NCBI GenBank assembly: GCA_023252235.1
Contig: JAHEXH010000002.1
Location: 6,031-70,030 of the forward strand
Origin: Nitrosotalea sp.
Lineage (GTDB): Archaea; Thermoproteota; Nitrososphaeria; Nitrososphaerales; Nitrosopumilaceae
Reading direction: 5' to 3'
DNA length: 64,000 nt
Below the pieces are notes generated by a model, which was not told where the DNA came from, did no database searches, and saw only the letters and a list, made by a program, of their open reading frames with translations. Made by a program: the position numbers and the translations under genes. This document shows, piece by piece, positions 59,589 through 64,000 of this stretch; the stretch's first letter is position 1; each line of letters opens with the position of its first letter.

Positions 59589-59780
59589 ATGAATCGCATG
59601 CAATGCGGATGTCATTGTATAAAGTGTGGTAGTATGGAGCTATCATCTAATCGTACAGGAGAGATTGAAAAAGATGGATATTATGATATGCATCATACTT
59701 GTCTCAAATGTAGGACACATTTTGATCACCTAGAAGGCGAAATATTTGACTCGTGTGAAAAATGTAGATTTAATGTCTAA
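59589..59780 (+). CDS. Small Cys/His-rich Zn-binding protein
   Basis: CGCHCIKC..HHTCLKC..HFDH..CEKC. Confidence 0.7.
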   Translation: MNRMQCGCHCIKCGSMELSSNRTGEIEKDGYYDMHHTCLKCRTHFDHLEGEIFDSCEKCRFNV

Positions 59781-60247
59781 TTTACTTCTAATAACTTTAC
59801 TGCAGAATAATAACTACGTTTTTCTCGTAAATCTTTTTGAAGTTCGTGAGTAAAACCCATACTTGCCAACACTTTTGATACATCCAATGGTACTGCAGAC
59901 CAACCATATTCTCTTAGTTGCCCAACTACCTCTGATGCCGTTCTTGCTTGATCAAAGAAACCATCATGAATTAGTATCTGCATTTTACTACGAATTTGGT
60001 CTTTATCAATAAATGTAGGTTTAGCAAACTCAGGTTCATGAACCTCGGCATCATCTAGTGAGTTTAATAATTCTGTGGTTTGTGGAGATTTATCATAAGA
60101 GTACTCATACTGTATGTTGCTAGTAGAATCCTTGACAAAGGATGCAAGATTGCATATGACTTGGTCTATACTGTCATTATCTATATAGAAGTCCTTTGAT
60201 TCTATCTCAATTTCATTTTGACCGTATTTTATCTTAATTCTAGCCAT
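59777..60247 (-). CDS. Hypothetical protein with possible C-terminal wHTH
   Basis: ARIKIKYGQNEIEIE N-terminus; DGFFDQARTASEV..L...GW C-terminus. Confidence 0.7.
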   Translation of the reverse strand: MARIKIKYGQNEIEIESKDFYIDNDSIDQVICNLASFVKDSTSNIQYEYSYDKSPQTTELLNSLDDAEVHEPEFAKPTFIDKDQIRSKMQILIHDGFFDQARTASEVVGQLREYGWSAVPLDVSKVLASMGFTHELQKDLREKRSYYSAVKLLEVN

Positions 60248-60385
60248 TTTACAACTTTTAGTCCTGTCTGACTTGATTTATTTTGTTAGCTCTAAGTAGG
60301 TTAGAAGACTGATCAAAAAATTTACACAACTTATTTGGATTTTTTTTCTTCACGGTACTAAAAGGGAATTTTCTAATTTACCATC

Positions 60386-60856
60386 GTGGAAAGACGTTCA
60401 AAAATAGTAATTATAGTGTGTGTTATTGTAGCAGTAGGAATATTTGCTTATTCCCAGTATCTATCTGCTACTCATCTCAGTATATCAATACTTGAGAGCA
60501 AAGCAGTACAAAGAAACGATAATAATTCATTATACAACATGACGCTTCAATTCAAAAATCCTTCACTGCTTCCCCTTAATGTAGGAAAGACAGATTTTAT
60601 CATAACAATTAATGATGAAAATCTTGGAACAGGTACGTTAAAGCCACTTGTAATACCACCTATGGGAAAAATTACTTCTCAGGCTCCATTTACTGCAGAT
60701 AATGCAGTTCTTTACAAGTATGATAAAAGTAATAGTGTTCCCAACATCAAGTTAACTGGGACAAGCAAATATGAAATCTTGATAATATCAGTAAATGTTC
60801 CATTTACATATTATCCAACAGAACAGGAAGCCAGAGAATTTATACACGGTTCTTAA
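60386..60856 (+). CDS. Membrane-anchored LEA_2/WHy-like domain protein
   Basis: TM; LQFKNPS..FIITINDENLGTG..IPP. Confidence 0.68.
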   Translation: MERRSKIVIIVCVIVAVGIFAYSQYLSATHLSISILESKAVQRNDNNSLYNMTLQFKNPSLLPLNVGKTDFIITINDENLGTGTLKPLVIPPMGKITSQAPFTADNAVLYKYDKSNSVPNIKLTGTSKYEILIISVNVPFTYYPTEQEAREFIHGS

Positions 60857-60868
60857 AACCAGCAAAGT

Positions 60869-61762
60869 ATGCTGACCGTATTTGGATCAATAGCATATGA
60901 TACGATAAGGACTCCTACAAAAGTAGTTAGAAATGCACTGGGTGGAGCAGCAACCTATGCAGCAATCTCTGCAAGTTTCTTTGTAAAACCGGGTTTAATT
61001 GGTGTTGTAGGCCAGGATTTCCCAAAAAGTTATCAAAACATACTTGAAAGGTTTGTTGATTCGCGCGGAGTAGTTCATGCAAAAGGTAAGACATTCAGAT
61101 ATGACGGTAGTTATGATTTGACTTTGAGCATGCGAACAACCAACAAAACAGAACTAAATGTATTGAAGGATTTCAAACCTGTTGTACCAGAAGAGTATCG
61201 CAAGTCTGAGTTTGTATATCTTGCAAATAACGATCCTGTTCAGAATACTAAAATTTTAAAGGAATTTGATAGAGTAAAGTTTTCAATGTGTGATACTATA
61301 GAATTTTGGATCTCAAGTAAAAGAGATGACGTGATCAAGATGATGGGTTCTGTTGATTCAGTCGTAATTAATGATGAAGAGGCAAAACTTCTGACAAAGA
61401 CTCACAACTTGATCAAGGCTGCAAAAAAGATTATGCAGTGGGGAACAAAATATGTCATCATAAAAAAAGGTGAACATGGTTCTCTGCTATTTTATGATGA
61501 TGTAGTATTTCCATCACCTGCTTTTTCTATGGAAAATATTGTAGATCCTACTGGTGCAGGTGACTCTTTTGCAGGAGGAATGATAGGATATCTCTCAAGT
61601 AAGAATAGCACAAAGATGTCAACCATTAGAGAGGCTGCAGTATATGGAAATATCATGGGTTCATTTGCAGTAGAAAAGTACGGAGTATACGGAATAACAG
61701 GATTGAAAAAATCCAGTATTAGAAAAAGATTTGATAGATACAAGAAGATGGTCTACTTCTAA
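60869..61762 (+). CDS. PfkB/ribokinase-family kinase
   Basis: GSIAYD, LGGAA, NDEEA, KKGEHG, DPTGAGDSFAGG. Confidence 0.94.
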   Translation: MLTVFGSIAYDTIRTPTKVVRNALGGAATYAAISASFFVKPGLIGVVGQDFPKSYQNILERFVDSRGVVHAKGKTFRYDGSYDLTLSMRTTNKTELNVLKDFKPVVPEEYRKSEFVYLANNDPVQNTKILKEFDRVKFSMCDTIEFWISSKRDDVIKMMGSVDSVVINDEEAKLLTKTHNLIKAAKKIMQWGTKYVIIKKGEHGSLLFYDDVVFPSPAFSMENIVDPTGAGDSFAGGMIGYLSSKNSTKMSTIREAAVYGNIMGSFAVEKYGVYGITGLKKSSIRKRFDRYKKMVYF

Positions 61763-61796
61763 CAAAGGTTATAGATATCAAATTAAAAAATAGATT

Positions 61797-62129
61797 ATGG
61801 ATGATAAGCTAGATACAATTTTCAATCTTCAAAAAAATCTCGAAAAAATGATGAATCTTGATCGCTATCCAAAAGACACTCAGGGAAAGATTTCTGCACT
61901 TTGTACAGCTATAATTCATGAGGCAGTTGAACTTCAGAGAAATACAAACTGGAAATGGTGGAAAAAACCCACACCGTTTGACGAAGCAGAAGCTCGTGAG
62001 GAGTTGATAGATATTTGGCATTTTGTTATCCAAGCATCACTTGAGCTTAACATGACTCCAGATGATATTCTAAAAGAATATCAAAAAAAGAATCAGATAA
62101 ACAGGCAAAGACAGGTAGACGGTTACTGA
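61797..62129 (+). CDS. All-alpha (dimeric/MazG-like) dUTPase
   Basis: HEAVEL, WKWWK, EELIDIWHF, KNQINRQRQ..GY. Confidence 0.88.
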   Translation: MDDKLDTIFNLQKNLEKMMNLDRYPKDTQGKISALCTAIIHEAVELQRNTNWKWWKKPTPFDEAEAREELIDIWHFVIQASLELNMTPDDILKEYQKKNQINRQRQVDGY

Positions 62130-62611
62130 GTTTTTTTCAAAGACTCAATTATGCATCCTAATCTTGAGACACTTGTTTCTCCTATTTTGTTTATGATTTT
62201 TACTTGTCTTTGAAATTCTGATACCTCTTTTTTTGTAATTGTTAGGGTTGGGTGTGGACTTTGTGAATCAATAATTTTGTAATTATCATCTATTCCATTT
62301 TTGTACAAACAAAGAAGAGAATCCCCAGGTTTGTGTCCCACTGTGTCTTTTCCACAAAGTATGATCATATCAATTTTTTTGTTCGAGATTACGGATTGTA
62401 TAAGAGAATCAATTCCCTTGTTTTCAGAAAGTAGTCTACCAGCTATTGCAACTTCTTTGATGATATTTGAATTAACAATATCTTTTAGAAGAGTAATACT
62501 TGATAGTGTACAAATTGCAATATTTGATGTAGGATCTCCAAAGAATACTTCCTCTTCTATTGGAAGAAATATTCTACACAATTCTCCTGCAATATCCTCA
62601 ATTAGATTCAT
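62123..62611 (-). CDS. Stand-alone soluble MtrA-like (corrinoid-binding) domain protein
   Basis: GDPTSNIAICTLSS, AIAG.L.SENKGI, ISN.KI..IILCG, GHKPGDSL, NGID; no TM anchor. Confidence 0.85.
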   Translation of the reverse strand: MNLIEDIAGELCRIFLPIEEEVFFGDPTSNIAICTLSSITLLKDIVNSNIIKEVAIAGRLLSENKGIDSLIQSVISNKKIDMIILCGKDTVGHKPGDSLLCLYKNGIDDNYKIIDSQSPHPTLTITKKEVSEFQRQVKIINKIGETSVSRLGCIIESLKKTQ

Positions 62612-63696
62612 TTTTTAGATAACTTGTGTAACATTTTAGAAATGTAATGCAAGTCATTTTCTGTAACTAGTGGATTCACTGGAAGACTTAGAACAGAGTT
62701 TGCAGCCCAATCAGTAAGGGGAAGTTTAAGGTCTTTTTTATAAAACGGAGTCTTGTGTACCGGAGTTGAATAATATGCAGTTGCGCCTATTCCTTGCGAA
62801 TTTAGTTGTTTCATTAGTTTATTGCGATTTGATGTAGCAATTGTGTAAAGATACCAATTTACATTTACCCCCTCTCTTTCTTCAGGTAGAATAACATTCA
62901 GATCAGACAAGAGTTCGTTGAGTATTGTTGCATTCTTTTTTCTTTTTTCTAGGAATTTTGGAAGTTTTTTCATCTGGACTTTAGCTATTGCAGCACAAAT
63001 TTCCGGGAGTCTTAGATTTAGTCCGAGTATTCTAGTATCATATCCATAAAGCATTCCATGATTACGGATCTTGCGTAGTTTTTCAAAGAGGTTTTTATCA
63101 TCTGTAACTATAGCTCCACCCTCTCCAGATGTCATAACTTTAGCAGCGTACATGCTAAAGCAACCCATTCTTGAGAATGTTCCAGATTGTTTTTTCTTGT
63201 ACGTAGTCCCTAATGATTGACATGCGTCTTCGATTATCTCAAGATTATGCTTATCCGCAATTTCAGAAATTTCATCCATGTATGAAAAATTTCCATATAG
63301 ATGAACTGGCATTATTACCTTGGATTTTTTTGTAATTTTCTTTTTAAGATCACTTGGATCCATGGTATAATTTTCTGGGCGTATATCAACAAATACGGGC
63401 TTTGCTCCAACTGACAATATGGAGTTGGCAGTTGCTACAAATGTAAACGATGGTATCAAAACTTCATCTCCTTGTTTTATGTCAAGTGCATAAAGTGCAG
63501 CTTGTAATGCAGCTGTTCCTGAATTTACTGCTATAGCATATTTCGATTTTACATATGAGGCCAAAAGTTGCTCAAATTCTTGTACTCTCTTTCCACCAGC
63601 ATTTGCAGCAGATGTAAGAGATTTCTCTGTTAACACAGAGTGTACTTCATTTATTTCGTCTTTTTCGATAATTGGTGTATTTATCGGAATTTTCAA
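62608..63696 (-). CDS. DegT/DnrJ/EryC1/StrS sugar aminotransferase
   Basis: VNSGTAAL, FTFVAT, PVHLYG, IEDACQS, FSMYAAK..GEGG. Confidence 0.95.
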   Translation of the reverse strand: MKIPINTPIIEKDEINEVHSVLTEKSLTSAANAGGKRVQEFEQLLASYVKSKYAIAVNSGTAALQAALYALDIKQGDEVLIPSFTFVATANSILSVGAKPVFVDIRPENYTMDPSDLKKKITKKSKVIMPVHLYGNFSYMDEISEIADKHNLEIIEDACQSLGTTYKKKQSGTFSRMGCFSMYAAKVMTSGEGGAIVTDDKNLFEKLRKIRNHGMLYGYDTRILGLNLRLPEICAAIAKVQMKKLPKFLEKRKKNATILNELLSDLNVILPEEREGVNVNWYLYTIATSNRNKLMKQLNSQGIGATAYYSTPVHKTPFYKKDLKLPLTDWAANSVLSLPVNPLVTENDLHYISKMLHKLSKK

Positions 63697-63781
63697 TAAT
63701 ACAGTAGAAAATTTTACACCATAATTAAACTTCCTAAATTAAAACCAATTCTTATATTTTAGAGACATACATCGAGATCAA

Positions 63782-64000
63782 ATGAAAGTACATCTACAAG
63801 AAAATGATCCTAGTTACAAGATATTCCTATATGTTTTCTATGTTAGTGCATTCATAATGTGTTCCATTACCATATTTGGATTCTATGCTATGATTCAGGA
63901 ATGGTCTGCCAAGGGTACATATGTGATGGGAGAAGTGCTCGTTAAAACAGAATTTCCAACTCCTCACTTTGCTAAATTAATAACATGGTTGTTTTTCTCA
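63782..64000 (+). CDS. Hypothetical membrane protein, truncated by window edge
   Basis: Open frame MKVHLQENDPSYKIFLYVFYVSAFIMC...AKLITWLFFS runs to the end. Confidence 0.6.
   Translation, partial: MKVHLQENDPSYKIFLYVFYVSAFIMCSITIFGFYAMIQEWSAKGTYVMGEVLVKTEFPTPHFAKLITWLFFS

Noticed and set aside
62123-62611. Evidence for methanogenesis
   Set aside because: Single anchorless MtrA-like domain; no other mtr or mcr genes.

Overview
Low-GC archaeal chromosomal segment, almost certainly from an ammonia-oxidising thaumarchaeote (Nitrososphaerota), most like the acidophilic Nitrosotalea type. The basis is the PEFG-CTERM surface proteins, archaeal CoA/lipid/proteasome genes and a Thermoplasmata-style K-E-C-F-A-B-D-H-I V/A-ATPase operon; the taxonomy is inferred, not searched. 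The window is mostly housekeeping: nrdJ, thiolase/DUF35, pyrB/pyrI, ATPase, pyrH/tmk, pok-pps-panB-coaBC, aCPSF1-psmB, egsA, rtcA, bluB and two tRNAs. No CRISPR array, transposase or integrase was seen. Best leads: (1) a wHTH + ATP-cone + catalytically dead class III RNR (NrdD-like) fusion directly upstream of nrdJ, a candidate pseudoenzyme nucleotide-sensing regulator; (2) PEFG-CTERM genes with DNA-identical signal-peptide and anchor modules around unrelated passenger domains; (3) a NikR-fold regulator with rearranged metal ligands, divergent from a ZnuABC-type transporter; (4) an unannotated 39-aa 7-Cys/4-His metallothionein-like peptide; (5) tRNA-Arg(CCT) with a D-loop intron; (6) a possible AUU start or in-frame readthrough at an ABC1 kinase gene. 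All family calls come from motif recognition by eye, not database searches.
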